This document shows, one piece after another, positions 25,950-35,373 of a DNA stretch of 40,989 bases. Under the pieces are notes generated by a model that was not told the origin of the DNA, did no database searches, and worked only from the letters and a program-made list of their open reading frames with translations. This stretch comes from a virus (taxonomy: Duplodnaviria > Caudoviricetes): the IMG/VR virus record IMGVR_UViG_3300032295_001980, positions 1 through 40,989 of that record; one strand, given 5' to 3'. The position numbers and the translations under genes are program-made. Position 1 is the first letter of the stretch; every line of letters begins with the position of its first letter.

Positions 25950-28900
25950 ATGGCCAACGGGATTTTCGACTTCACTCTTCCCGACGGACGTGTTATCCGT
26001 GTGGAGGGCGCTCCCTCCCAAGAGGCAGCATATGCCTTCATGGATACACAGTGGCCGACGCTGCGCCGCCAGACGCCCATCGAAGGCTTCGGCGAAAGCT
26101 TTGGCCAGCAGTTCCGTGGTCAGTTCGGCTCGATTCCCGGCGCTGGCCAAGCTGCCGCTGCCGCCGTCGGTGCCCCTGAAACTGCTGAAGCCCTCGGCCG
26201 TGTCCGCGAGTTTGTAGCGCCCGGCGACCGGAACCTCCGCACCCGCGCTCCCGAACTCGGCGACGTTATCCGCAACCCCATTGATGCCCTAACCGCATTT
26301 GCTGGTCAAGCAGCAGGCGCTGTTGTTGGCGGCGTAGCAGCCCCTCTCGCAGGCGCGGGTATCGGCTTTGCAGTCGGTGGTCCGGGTGGCGCAGCTACCG
26401 GCGCAACCGCTGGTCTATTCGGTGGCGCTGTCCTTGGTAGCGTGGACGAACTGTATCAGGGCCTTGTCGCAGAAGGCGTCGATCCGCAACGCGCCGGCAT
26501 TCTCGCTACAACCGCTGGCGCTGCTATCGGCGGTGTAGAAGCTGCCGCTCTCGGCCCTGTCCTAAAGCGTGTCTTCGGCAATCAAGTAAGCGACGCCATT
26601 GTCGACAGGCTCGCTTCGCGTCTCGTCGGCGGCCGTGCTGGCGGCGTTCGTCAGACTGCGGCCCTCGGTGCCGGCGGTGAAATGCTGGGCGAAACCGCAC
26701 GTCAAGGTGTCATCGCAGCGCAGACCGGCGAACTTGACTTGGCCGAACGCGCAAGCCGTGTCGGTGAAGCCGGTATTGTTGGCAGCATCGCAGGCGGCGG
26801 CGTCGGTGCCGGTCTCCGCGTTACCGGTCGTGCAGGCCCTGCTCCCGGCGCATCCACTGCCGAACCGACCATTCCTGAAGGCGCCTTTGCTCCCACACCC
26901 GCGCCGACTCCGGCCGCAGAAGCTGCCCCCACTGGCCCTGCTCCGCTTACGCTGCCCGAGCGGCCCGATCCTTTCGAGACCCGTGAGGAAGCCGAAGCCT
27001 TCGTTGCTGCGAACCCGGATGCTGCCCCGCCCATCTCTGCCGCAGCCAATCCCACGGCTTACGTCAACCTCGTAAACGCGGCCCGCGTCGGTCTTTGGGA
27101 ACAGTCTACTGCCGAAACCAAGACACAGGCCGTTGACGAATTCTTCCCGCGTGCCCCCGGCACCCAGCGCGTCTCCACCGATGCTGCTCTCGGCAACATT
27201 GCGGAAGCTGCCGGTCGGGGTGAGCTGAACCCGAATTCCTTTTCGCCCAATGCCGTTGCTCGTGCGGCCCTCGCCTCTCGTGACATTGACCCCGACACCG
27301 TTACTCCGGCTCAAGTCAGCGCCGCCTCCCGCCAACTCGACGCGCTCGCAGAGACGGGCGTTATTCGCCGCAACGTAACCGAGACTACCTCCACTGAAAA
27401 GGGCAAGAAGGTCAAGAGGCGCAAGACCACGTATGCAGTCAACTTCGGCACCCCTGCCACGGCGCAGCCTGCACCCACGACGGCACCCACGCCAGAGGCC
27501 GCTGCCCCAACAACTGGCCCCCTTCCCCCGGTTGCAGAAGGGGCGCCGGTCCCGGAAGCTGCGCCAGCACAGGCTGCCCCGCAAGCCCCCGCAGGCTTTA
27601 AGACTGCCCTCGGCAGCACCTATACTATAAACGATCAGGGCCAGACGATCCGCACCAAGGGGTCGCCGGGTCGCGGACAGGGCAAGACCTACGATCCACA
27701 CAACGTCCTGTTCGTCACACCCGACGAAGCCAACAATGTCCTTGAAGAACTGCGCGGCGGCAACACCTATCGCTTCATCGTAAACGATCCTGCCGGCCCC
27801 CGCCGCACTGAGCCGGGCGAATCGCTTCAAGGCAAGCAGGTTGCGCTGGGCATTTTCCGCCCGGACGGCAGCGTCGTTCGTTATGTGCCAGCCCAGATGC
27901 GTCCCGCTGTTGGCCTGTCGCCGGTCGAGTTGCGCGTCGAAGGAACCGGCGCTGACCGCAAGTCCTTCCGCCACATCGGCAATCCCATCACCGAACTAAC
28001 TGGCGCTCCTGCCCAGCCGACTGCGCGCACGACCGTCGAGGTGAATGGCGTTCGCCGGGAGACCACGCCCGAGACGTTGCAGCAGACCGTCAACGAGATG
28101 CGTGCTGCCCCGCCCACGCCGAAAGAAGAACAACTGGCAAAGGCTGCTGCTGATCTTGATCCGGCCTCGGGCGCAGGCGAGACGACCCGCACCGCTGAAG
28201 AAGCCCTGCTTAATACGCCCAAAAACACGCCCATTCAAGAGCAGCGCAAGATCCTCGACGCTCAGTACCGGGACGTCTTTGCGGGCGGCAAGTGGCGCAA
28301 GATCCTCGCTTCCCCGCTGACCGGCCTTTCGCGTCAGCCCGAACACCAAGAAGTTGCCGGCGTCGGTAAGGAAGGCGTGGCCCGCAAGTACCGCGCTACC
28401 GCTGACTTCGCCGAAATGCTCGACCCGCTGCGCACGCTGTCGCCAGAGTCGCAGGCCCGCGTTGTGCTGACGCTGCAAGAATCTAGCGCCCGTCGCCAAT
28501 CGTGGAACCGCGATGCCTTTACAGCAGAAGAAAATGCTGCTATGGATGGCGTGGTCGCAACAGGTCAGCGCGGCCTTGACTATCTGATTGACGCCTATAC
28601 GCGCAGGTACTTCGACCCGAACAGGGCCAAGACGCCGGCCGAACGCACGCGCCTCGAAAACTTCCAGCGCACCAAGGGCGAACGCCTCATCACTTCCTTC
28701 AGCGACGCTGACCTGCGCGCCGTCTCCGATATCGGTGCCCGCGAAGTCCGCGACCTGAACAAGCGCCGCAATCCCTTCTATATGCCGCAGGTCGCAACCG
28801 GCTCCCACTTCGTTGCGGCCTATGAGCGCAAGCCGGGCGGCAAGAAGAAGCTGGTCCGCATCTACTTCTACAATCCCCTCAACTGGCGTCAGCGTCAGCG

Positions 28901-31058
28901 TCTCCGCGCCGGTGCCCAGCGTGACTTCGAGGCCCTGTCTGTCGATGCGCTTCGCCGTGAGTTCCCCGACCGCAACCGCTTCGAAATCATGGAGCGGGGC
29001 ATCGAAGCCACCTCCGATCAAGAGGGCCAGGCCCTTAACCTGAAGCGCGACGGCGAACTTATCGCCAGCTACCTCGACGAACTCAAGAGGGTGTCGGGTC
29101 CGGAAGCCCAGCGTGTCATCGACCGCCTGTCCAAGCAGATCGACAAGGCGAAGATGGACCGCTTCTTCAAGCCCAACAACGACCTGCTTCGTGCCGTCAC
29201 CCCTTGGAATGCGGTCGACTACGCGCGCGAAACGCTGCCCAACTATTACCTTGCGCTGGCCAACATCCAAGCCCGCCTCGCCATTCAAGACGACTTCGCT
29301 CGGGCGCAGCGCGGCCTTAACAACGAAGAAAAAGACTACTGGAATAGCTGGCTGAACTTCAACAGCACTCCGGTCGAAGCCCTTGGCGCAGGCCGCGCTC
29401 TTGCCGGTGCATGGTTCCTCGGCGGCAACGTCAGCACCGCCCTCATGCAGCTTACCCAGAACCCGGTCACGCTGCCTGCCCGCTTTGCTCGCGACGGCGC
29501 CGGCACTGTCGGCTCTGGCATCTATATCCGCACCGCCACCAACGTCTATAGCACCGCTGACACGCTCAAGGTTCTTGGCGGCGAACTAGAATACAGCAAG
29601 AACGTCGCCAAGAGCAAGCGATTCTCGCCTGACGAAGTTGCTGTCCTGAAGAAGGCCATCGAAGACGGCGTCGTCAAGCCCTCCACTATCGTCAACATCC
29701 GGGGCCAATTCGACGCTGACGATTTCCGCTCCCTCGGCATCGCTGACCAATCTGCCACTGGAATGGCAAGCGGCCTCAACAAGTTGCTGGATCTGTCGTT
29801 CCGCTTCCTTAGCACGGTGGACGAAACCAACCGCGTCATTGCTCTCCTGTCTGGCTACCGCCTCGCGAAGGCCCGGCCGGAAGTTATGTCGCGTGCAGGC
29901 AAGCTCGACAACACAACCTACGCTACGCCTTACGATTATGCGGTGTCGGTTGCGAATGAAACCAACTTCGTCGGTGGCCCTGAAGACCAGCCCCTGATTG
30001 CCCGGTTCCACCCGGTCGCCCAGGTCATGACGCAGTTCTTGAGCCCGTCCTTCAAGTTCCTTGAACTGTTTGCCCGCAGTGCCGCCTTCGTTGTCAACGG
30101 CCTGAAGACGTCCGACCCAACCATGGCCAAGGCAGGCGCCGCCATGTTCGGCCTGATGATGGGCATGCAGGTCATGTTCGCCGGCCTCTGGTCGCTGCCC
30201 TTCGCAGACCGCCTCAAGGAACTGACCGAGTTCGTTCTCAGCAAAGCCTTCGATGTCGAGATCGACTTCGAACAGGAAATCGAGAAGCTGCCCATTCCCA
30301 GCGTCCTCGCTGCTGCCCTGAACTACGGCCTGCCCCACGCCCTGAATATCGCAACCCTTAGCGAACGTATGAAGATCGACGTCTTGCCGCAAGGCTCCAT
30401 CTCCGAGTGGGACGTCTTCTCCGTCTTCGGTCCGGTCGGCGGCCTCGTCGAGAAGGGTGTCGTTGCTGCGGAAGCCTACGGCAAGGACGACTGGATGGGC
30501 CTCGCTTACGCTCTGCTGCCGACCTCCCTCGCCAACGTCCTCAAGGGCGCCCAGATCGGCGTCACTGGCGAGCAGTGGACGCGGGCCGGCGGTCGTATCA
30601 TCACGCCCGAGCAAGTGCAAGCCGCCTCCGAACAAGCCTTCGTTCCCCCGGCTCTCCGTCAAGCAATTGGCTTTGCGCCGCCAGAGTTCGCTGACATCCG
30701 TCGCACTGTTCGCCGTGCCCAAGAAATGCGCGAGCCCCTTCAGCGTGACACTGAGAAGGCTAATCGCGAACTGTCCCTCATTCTGCTCCGCATGTACGAA
30801 GCCCAAATCGAGGGTCGCACGGCAGACGCCCGTACCCGCGCCCAAGAATACTTGGCCCGCGAGCGAGAAATCATTGCCGAACAGGCAGGTAAGCCGGAAG
30901 AATTCCGTGTCCGTATCAACAGGCGTGCCATTGAAGACCGCGCGCGTCAAGACCTGCTGGGCCGTGGTTCTCTGGACGTTCTCCTGCGTCGTGCCCCGGT
31001 CGCCCAGCGCGAAGAAATCCGCCGCATGTTCGAGCGGACCATGGGCACCCAAGAATAG
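25950..31058 (+). CDS. Large internal virion / DNA-ejection protein (1702 aa)
   Basis: Size and position; glycine-zipper hydrophobic segments, Pro/Ala linkers and a helical C-terminal half. Confidence 0.75.
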   Translation: MANGIFDFTLPDGRVIRVEGAPSQEAAYAFMDTQWPTLRRQTPIEGFGESFGQQFRGQFGSIPGAGQAAAAAVGAPETAEALGRVREFVAPGDRNLRTRAPELGDVIRNPIDALTAFAGQAAGAVVGGVAAPLAGAGIGFAVGGPGGAATGATAGLFGGAVLGSVDELYQGLVAEGVDPQRAGILATTAGAAIGGVEAAALGPVLKRVFGNQVSDAIVDRLASRLVGGRAGGVRQTAALGAGGEMLGETARQGVIAAQTGELDLAERASRVGEAGIVGSIAGGGVGAGLRVTGRAGPAPGASTAEPTIPEGAFAPTPAPTPAAEAAPTGPAPLTLPERPDPFETREEAEAFVAANPDAAPPISAAANPTAYVNLVNAARVGLWEQSTAETKTQAVDEFFPRAPGTQRVSTDAALGNIAEAAGRGELNPNSFSPNAVARAALASRDIDPDTVTPAQVSAASRQLDALAETGVIRRNVTETTSTEKGKKVKRRKTTYAVNFGTPATAQPAPTTAPTPEAAAPTTGPLPPVAEGAPVPEAAPAQAAPQAPAGFKTALGSTYTINDQGQTIRTKGSPGRGQGKTYDPHNVLFVTPDEANNVLEELRGGNTYRFIVNDPAGPRRTEPGESLQGKQVALGIFRPDGSVVRYVPAQMRPAVGLSPVELRVEGTGADRKSFRHIGNPITELTGAPAQPTARTTVEVNGVRRETTPETLQQTVNEMRAAPPTPKEEQLAKAAADLDPASGAGETTRTAEEALLNTPKNTPIQEQRKILDAQYRDVFAGGKWRKILASPLTGLSRQPEHQEVAGVGKEGVARKYRATADFAEMLDPLRTLSPESQARVVLTLQESSARRQSWNRDAFTAEENAAMDGVVATGQRGLDYLIDAYTRRYFDPNRAKTPAERTRLENFQRTKGERLITSFSDADLRAVSDIGAREVRDLNKRRNPFYMPQVATGSHFVAAYERKPGGKKKLVRIYFYNPLNWRQRQRLRAGAQRDFEALSVDALRREFPDRNRFEIMERGIEATSDQEGQALNLKRDGELIASYLDELKRVSGPEAQRVIDRLSKQIDKAKMDRFFKPNNDLLRAVTPWNAVDYARETLPNYYLALANIQARLAIQDDFARAQRGLNNEEKDYWNSWLNFNSTPVEALGAGRALAGAWFLGGNVSTALMQLTQNPVTLPARFARDGAGTVGSGIYIRTATNVYSTADTLKVLGGELEYSKNVAKSKRFSPDEVAVLKKAIEDGVVKPSTIVNIRGQFDADDFRSLGIADQSATGMASGLNKLLDLSFRFLSTVDETNRVIALLSGYRLAKARPEVMSRAGKLDNTTYATPYDYAVSVANETNFVGGPEDQPLIARFHPVAQVMTQFLSPSFKFLELFARSAAFVVNGLKTSDPTMAKAGAAMFGLMMGMQVMFAGLWSLPFADRLKELTEFVLSKAFDVEIDFEQEIEKLPIPSVLAAALNYGLPHALNIATLSERMKIDVLPQGSISEWDVFSVFGPVGGLVEKGVVAAEAYGKDDWMGLAYALLPTSLANVLKGAQIGVTGEQWTRAGGRIITPEQVQAASEQAFVPPALRQAIGFAPPEFADIRRTVRRAQEMREPLQRDTEKANRELSLILLRMYEAQIEGRTADARTRAQEYLAREREIIAEQAGKPEEFRVRINRRAIEDRARQDLLGRGSLDVLLRRAPVAQREEIRRMFERTMGTQE

Positions 31059-31071
31059 CCTAACTTAGTTG

Positions 31072-31100
31072 TTGACAGTCGTGGGGCGGAATAGTATCCT
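31072..31100 (+). promoter_or_regulatory. sigma70-type promoter TTGACA-N17-TATCCT
   Basis: Perfect -35 box and 17-nt spacer; ATG 31108 lies 7 nt after the -10 box. Confidence 0.7.
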
Positions 31101-31107
31101 ACGCCCC

Positions 31108-31878
31108 ATGACAAACTTCGCCTATTACATCGGCGTGGACCACCGTGAACCGGAGGCTCTGCGCGTCACCGAATCCTCGGCCCGTGCCTATGCCAGCAAG
31201 CCGCTGACCATCAGGCATCTGGAGCATCTGGACCTGCGCCGCCGCCAGTTCTTTGATCGGCCATGGCGTATCTGCGAGGACGGTTCCTATATGGACGAAC
31301 GAGACGGGCGCCCCTTCAGCGTCCAGTTCTCGCACACCCGCTTCCTGACACCCATTGTCGCACAGTCCGAAGGCGTTACCGATTGGGCGCTCTTCACGGA
31401 CTGCGACTGGCTGTGGCTCGACGACATCCACAAGCTGCTGCGCGAGGCCGACCCCTCGAAGACGGTGATGGTCGTGCCCCACAACTTCCAGCCCACCTCC
31501 ACGGTCAAGATGGACGGCCAGCGCCAGTCCCGCTACCACCGCAAAATGTGGTCGGCGCTCATGCTGTGGAACCTCAAGTCCAAGAAGCTGCCGTCCTTCG
31601 AGATGGTGAACTCCGCCCCGGGCAGCTACCTCCATGGCTTCGAATGGCTGGACGATTCCGACATCGGCTACCTCTCCGAGTCGTGGCATTGGGTTCCTAA
31701 CTACAGCCCGACCACTGAAGCCGGCCTCGCCGCTGAAGAAGCACACCGGCCCCTGCCCATCAACGGCATCCACTTCACCTACGGGCCGCCCGTACCTGGC
31801 ATGGTAGATCGTGAGCCTACACCCTTCGATGAATATTGGACGAACGAACTCCTCGGAGCTTACGCCGATGCGCGCTAA
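31108..31878 (+). CDS. GT-A fold glycosyltransferase (GT8/CDI-like)
   Basis: YIG.D.RE, FS.TRFL.P, ALFTDCD (DxD), K.WS.LMLWN, LH.F.W, IHFT.G.P. Confidence 0.85.
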   Translation: MTNFAYYIGVDHREPEALRVTESSARAYASKPLTIRHLEHLDLRRRQFFDRPWRICEDGSYMDERDGRPFSVQFSHTRFLTPIVAQSEGVTDWALFTDCDWLWLDDIHKLLREADPSKTVMVVPHNFQPTSTVKMDGQRQSRYHRKMWSALMLWNLKSKKLPSFEMVNSAPGSYLHGFEWLDDSDIGYLSESWHWVPNYSPTTEAGLAAEEAHRPLPINGIHFTYGPPVPGMVDREPTPFDEYWTNELLGAYADAR

Positions 31879-34012
31879 GATCATCACCACAATCGGCCCC
31901 ACTAGCTGGGAACGGTACGGCCTGCGCTTTGCAGAGTCCTTCAAGAAGTTCTGGCCCGCCGACATGGACCTAGAAATCTGGCACCACGATCTCGAAGGCG
32001 ACGTGCCGTCCTTCCCGGGCATCACCTTCCGCGCCCTCGAAGAGACGCCGTCCTTCCAGAAGCTGAAGGCGCACCTCGGTGCCAAGGCCAAGGATGGTCC
32101 GTCGCTGGAGTACTGCTTCAAGGCTGTGGCACTCGCTTCCGCTGTGACGCCGGACCTCGACTGGATCGGCTTCCTCGATGCGGACACCGAGACCATGCGC
32201 CCCGTCGACTTGGAGCTACTGAGCGAACTCTTCGACGACCGCTACCACCTGACGTACCTGTATCGGCGCACCGTCAAGGAAAGCGAGGGCTCGTGGTTCG
32301 CCTTTAATTTGGCCACTGTCAAGGGCGCCTCCCTGCTGGCCGACTACTGGGGCCTGTACAATTCGCTTGAAGCCTTCCACTACAAGAAGGCCCACGACAA
32401 CGCCATCCTCGATAGGATCACGCTGTTGCATCAGGCGCATGGCCTGCAAGTCAAGGACCTGTCGCCGGGCAGTCTCGGGCTGGACGCCTTCCACCAGTCC
32501 ATCCTTGGCGCCTACATGATCCACTACAAGGGGCCTGACAAGCAGACCATTGCCAACCCGGCACTCGGTGCCCCTGCCCGATACGAGACTCTATGCGAAC
32601 TGCTCACTGCATCCATTGTCGAAACCGGACACGCGCGCATCGTCGAGGTCGGCACGTGGAACGGCAGTCGCGCGATCCAGATGGCGGAGGCCGCGTTCGC
32701 AACAGGCGTCAAGTCCGTATCCTATGTCGGCTTCGACACCTTCGAGGGCGGTAACGACCGCGCACACGAGGGCCATACCAAGCCGCATGCCGACTCGTGG
32801 GTCGTGACCAATCGCCTGAATAACTATAGCAGGCTGATGTCCCGCAAGGGCCTGAACTTCGCCTTCTCGCTCGTAAAGGGCAACACGCTCAAGACCCTGC
32901 CCGATTCGGCCGCAATTGTAGCAGATTGCACATTTGCCTACATAGACGGCGGCCACAGCTATGAGACGACCAAGTCGGACTACGAATGCCTGAAGCACGT
33001 GCCCTTCGTAGTCTTTGATGACGTGATCGTCAACGAGGAAGAGGGTTCGCCGGAAGGTCCGCGCCGTGTCATGAAGGAAGTCGGCGGCCAGAAGCGCATC
33101 ATCACCAGTGGTGACGGCTATGCTGGTCTGACCCAGACCATTTCCTTCGGGCTCGTGGTTCGCGACGGACACAAGATGCCGGAACTCAAGACCCGCATCC
33201 AAGTAAAGCCGGTCGATTCAGTTGACAAGGGCGAGCAACTACAGCATATTGCGGATAACGCTGCCGCCATTCCGACTTGGATTGGCTCCTATCAGGCGCA
33301 CACCAAGACCGCTCTACTGGTCAGTGCCGGTCCCACGTTGCCGTCTTTCTTGGAGGACATCCGGGCCAAGCAGGCTGCCGGTGCTGTGATCTTCGCAGTG
33401 AAGCACGCACTGCCAGTCCTGAAGAAGGCCGGCATTACGCCAGACTGGACGGTGATCTTGGACCCGCGCCCCGTTGAAGGCAAGTCTACGCATGGCGTGA
33501 TCCGCACTGACCTCTTCAAGGACGTCGGGCCAGAAGACAAGTTCCTCTTTGCGACCATGACGCATCCCTCGGTGCGCAAGGTCCTCGAAGAGAAGAACGT
33601 CCAGATCTTTGGCTGGCACGCCCACACGCAGGCCACGCTCGCAGCCAAGCCGGCATCCTTCGATACGGGCATGGTTGTGGCGGGCGGCACCTGCTCGGCG
33701 ACCCGGATTCCTATGCTGGCTTTTGTGATGGGTTTCCGCCGCTTCGAGTTCTACGGCTACGACTTCTTCTACCCGGAGGACACCGACAAGGACACCGTGA
33801 AGCAGTCGCTGATGCGGGTCAACTTGGGTGCGGATCAGAAGTCCTACCTGACGACCGGCGAACTTGTCGCTGCGATGCAGGATCTGGGGCAGTGGAACCG
33901 TTGGCTGGTCGAGAACCGCATCAACGTCACGTTCCACGGCGAGGGCGCAGGCGCGGCAATCTGGGAGCAGACCGTCAACAACTACAACGCACCGACGGAG
34001 TATCCGTTCTAG
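31868..34012 (+). CDS. Three-domain fusion: GT-A-like + class I SAM methyltransferase + Maf/DUF115-like domain
   Basis: FLDADT and H.KG; IVEVGTWNG.RA, Y.GFD.FE, IDGGHS..T..SD, VVFDD; SAGP.L, GI.PD..V.LDP, GG.CS, GFR.F..YGYD. Start ATG 31868 follows GGAG. Confidence 0.8.
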   Translation: MRAKIITTIGPTSWERYGLRFAESFKKFWPADMDLEIWHHDLEGDVPSFPGITFRALEETPSFQKLKAHLGAKAKDGPSLEYCFKAVALASAVTPDLDWIGFLDADTETMRPVDLELLSELFDDRYHLTYLYRRTVKESEGSWFAFNLATVKGASLLADYWGLYNSLEAFHYKKAHDNAILDRITLLHQAHGLQVKDLSPGSLGLDAFHQSILGAYMIHYKGPDKQTIANPALGAPARYETLCELLTASIVETGHARIVEVGTWNGSRAIQMAEAAFATGVKSVSYVGFDTFEGGNDRAHEGHTKPHADSWVVTNRLNNYSRLMSRKGLNFAFSLVKGNTLKTLPDSAAIVADCTFAYIDGGHSYETTKSDYECLKHVPFVVFDDVIVNEEEGSPEGPRRVMKEVGGQKRIITSGDGYAGLTQTISFGLVVRDGHKMPELKTRIQVKPVDSVDKGEQLQHIADNAAAIPTWIGSYQAHTKTALLVSAGPTLPSFLEDIRAKQAAGAVIFAVKHALPVLKKAGITPDWTVILDPRPVEGKSTHGVIRTDLFKDVGPEDKFLFATMTHPSVRKVLEEKNVQIFGWHAHTQATLAAKPASFDTGMVVAGGTCSATRIPMLAFVMGFRRFEFYGYDFFYPEDTDKDTVKQSLMRVNLGADQKSYLTTGELVAAMQDLGQWNRWLVENRINVTFHGEGAGAAIWEQTVNNYNAPTEYPF

Positions 34013-34260
34013 CGGAACTTCTTCGCAATCTTGGCGGCGCTGGCAGGCTGCTGTGAAAACTGCTTGCCAGCCCGCGTTGCCTTCCGCTTCGCCGCACTGC
34101 TAGCCGCATAGGTGCTGGCCGGCATAGCCTTGATGGCAGCCTTCGGTAAGTAGCGTTCGCCGGTAGCTTCAGGCCCTTGTGTCGAGGGCTTACCGCTGCG
34201 AGTCCCCCAATCCTCCTTGGTCCATTTAACTAGCGACTTCTGTGGGGCTTTCAGTGCCAT
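34009..34260 (-). CDS. Basic protein resembling the C-terminal half of DUF5872-like proteins
   Basis: QKSL.KWT.EDW.T.SGK....TGERYLPK.A....KRK....GKQF. Confidence 0.75.
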   Translation of the reverse strand: MALKAPQKSLVKWTKEDWGTRSGKPSTQGPEATGERYLPKAAIKAMPASTYAASSAAKRKATRAGKQFSQQPASAAKIAKKFR

Positions 34261-34711
34261 CACCATAATGTCCTTTTGTCTTAAGGTAGTTGACAGCGCG
34301 GTCTAGTATTTTTGGGCTGTCCTTAAAAAGACCCAAAGCCCGATTACAGGTTTTGCATAGGACGCCGCGAAACTCTCCAGTCTCATGATTGTGGTCGATG
34401 GCACTGTCTGTCAGACTTATTGCCGATTCGCAGATAGCGCAACACTTTCCTTGCGCCTCATATGCAGTTACAAGTTCTTCGGGTGAGATGCCTCGCCGGG
34501 CGCAACGCTTTGCTAAAGTCCAAGGATCGCGCGTTCGATATTCCTGCACGCGATCCGGGTTCTGCGCCGTCCAATCTCGATGCGCCAAGTAAAGGCAGTG
34601 ATTACACAGGCTCTTAGTGAGGTGGCGCATTTTACCGCCCCGCGAACGGTACTCCGTTATCGGCTTGGTTTCCTTGCAAACCGCACAAGTTTTAAGTTGT
34701 GTACCCGCCAC
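34226..34711 (-). mobile_element. Free-standing endonuclease VII-family homing endonuclease
   Basis: N-terminal CxxC...CxxC, Q...CAIC, IDHNH.TG..RG.LC..CN..LG...D. Lower GC (about 47% in 34261-34380); overlaps both neighbours. Confidence 0.8.
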
Positions 34712-34877
34712 CTTTAGCCTTGTACTGCTTTGCGAGCATCTGGCTTTTACGTCCGCTCCACTGGCCCGGCCTGCCGCCCTTGTCCCCCGCCTTAATGCGT
34801 TCGAACAAGGACTTACGCATGCCGGGCTTCGTGTAGACGCCCGCTTCGTTCACCCGACTTTCGGGCTTCTTGGCCAT
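34692..34877 (-). CDS. Basic protein resembling the N-terminal half of DUF5872-like proteins
   Basis: YTKP..R...F..IKAG.KGG.PGQWS.RK.Q.LA..YK..GGGY. Confidence 0.75.
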   Translation of the reverse strand: MAKKPESRVNEAGVYTKPGMRKSLFERIKAGDKGGRPGQWSGRKSQMLAKQYKAKGGGYTT

Positions 34878-35059
34878 TAGCCAGCCATCAGGCAGCGACC
34901 AGCCTTACGGCACGCCGCCGGGTTCGGGCACTGCGCGCACGGCACCTTGCCACCCTTCTGCATCTTGACCGACTTACCAGCAGCAACCTTGCCGCCGGCC
35001 TTCATCTTCTTCTTCATCGGGCCCTGCGTAACCTGCTTGCCCATGTTCGAACGCATCAT
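34877..35059 (-). CDS. Lys-rich GG-motif protein with C-terminal 4-Cys cluster
   Basis: MKAGGKV, MQKGGKV, CAQCPNPAAC.KAGRC; TGATG/TAATG coupling. Confidence 0.7.
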   Translation of the reverse strand: MMRSNMGKQVTQGPMKKKMKAGGKVAAGKSVKMQKGGKVPCAQCPNPAACRKAGRCLMAG

Positions 35060-35373
35060 CACTTGCACCCCTTACCGATCATGCCGCCCTTGGCCTTCTT
35101 CACCACGCCACCCTTCTTCATGGCGGGAGCCTTGGCCTTGACCATACCGCCCTTCTTCATGGCGCTGCCCATGCGACGAGCCTCTTCGGCAGTCGGGGCA
35201 CGCTGATAGTCGCGGCGCTCCTCCGGCGTCATACCCTCGCGGGCCTGACGAAGCTGCTCCGGCGTCATCATCGGCAGACCCTTCGGCCCACCTTCCATGA
35301 TCCGGCGCTTGCCGGGCGACCGCACCGGGCCACCCTCTTGATACATCATACCCTTCTTCATCATGCCAGGCAT
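35059..35373 (-). CDS. Lys/Met-rich GG-motif protein (104 aa)
   Basis: YQEGGPV, MKKGGMV, MKKGGVV, KAKGGMI; coupled at both ends. Confidence 0.75.
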   Translation of the reverse strand: MPGMMKKGMMYQEGGPVRSPGKRRIMEGGPKGLPMMTPEQLRQAREGMTPEERRDYQRAPTAEEARRMGSAMKKGGMVKAKAPAMKKGGVVKKAKGGMIGKGCK

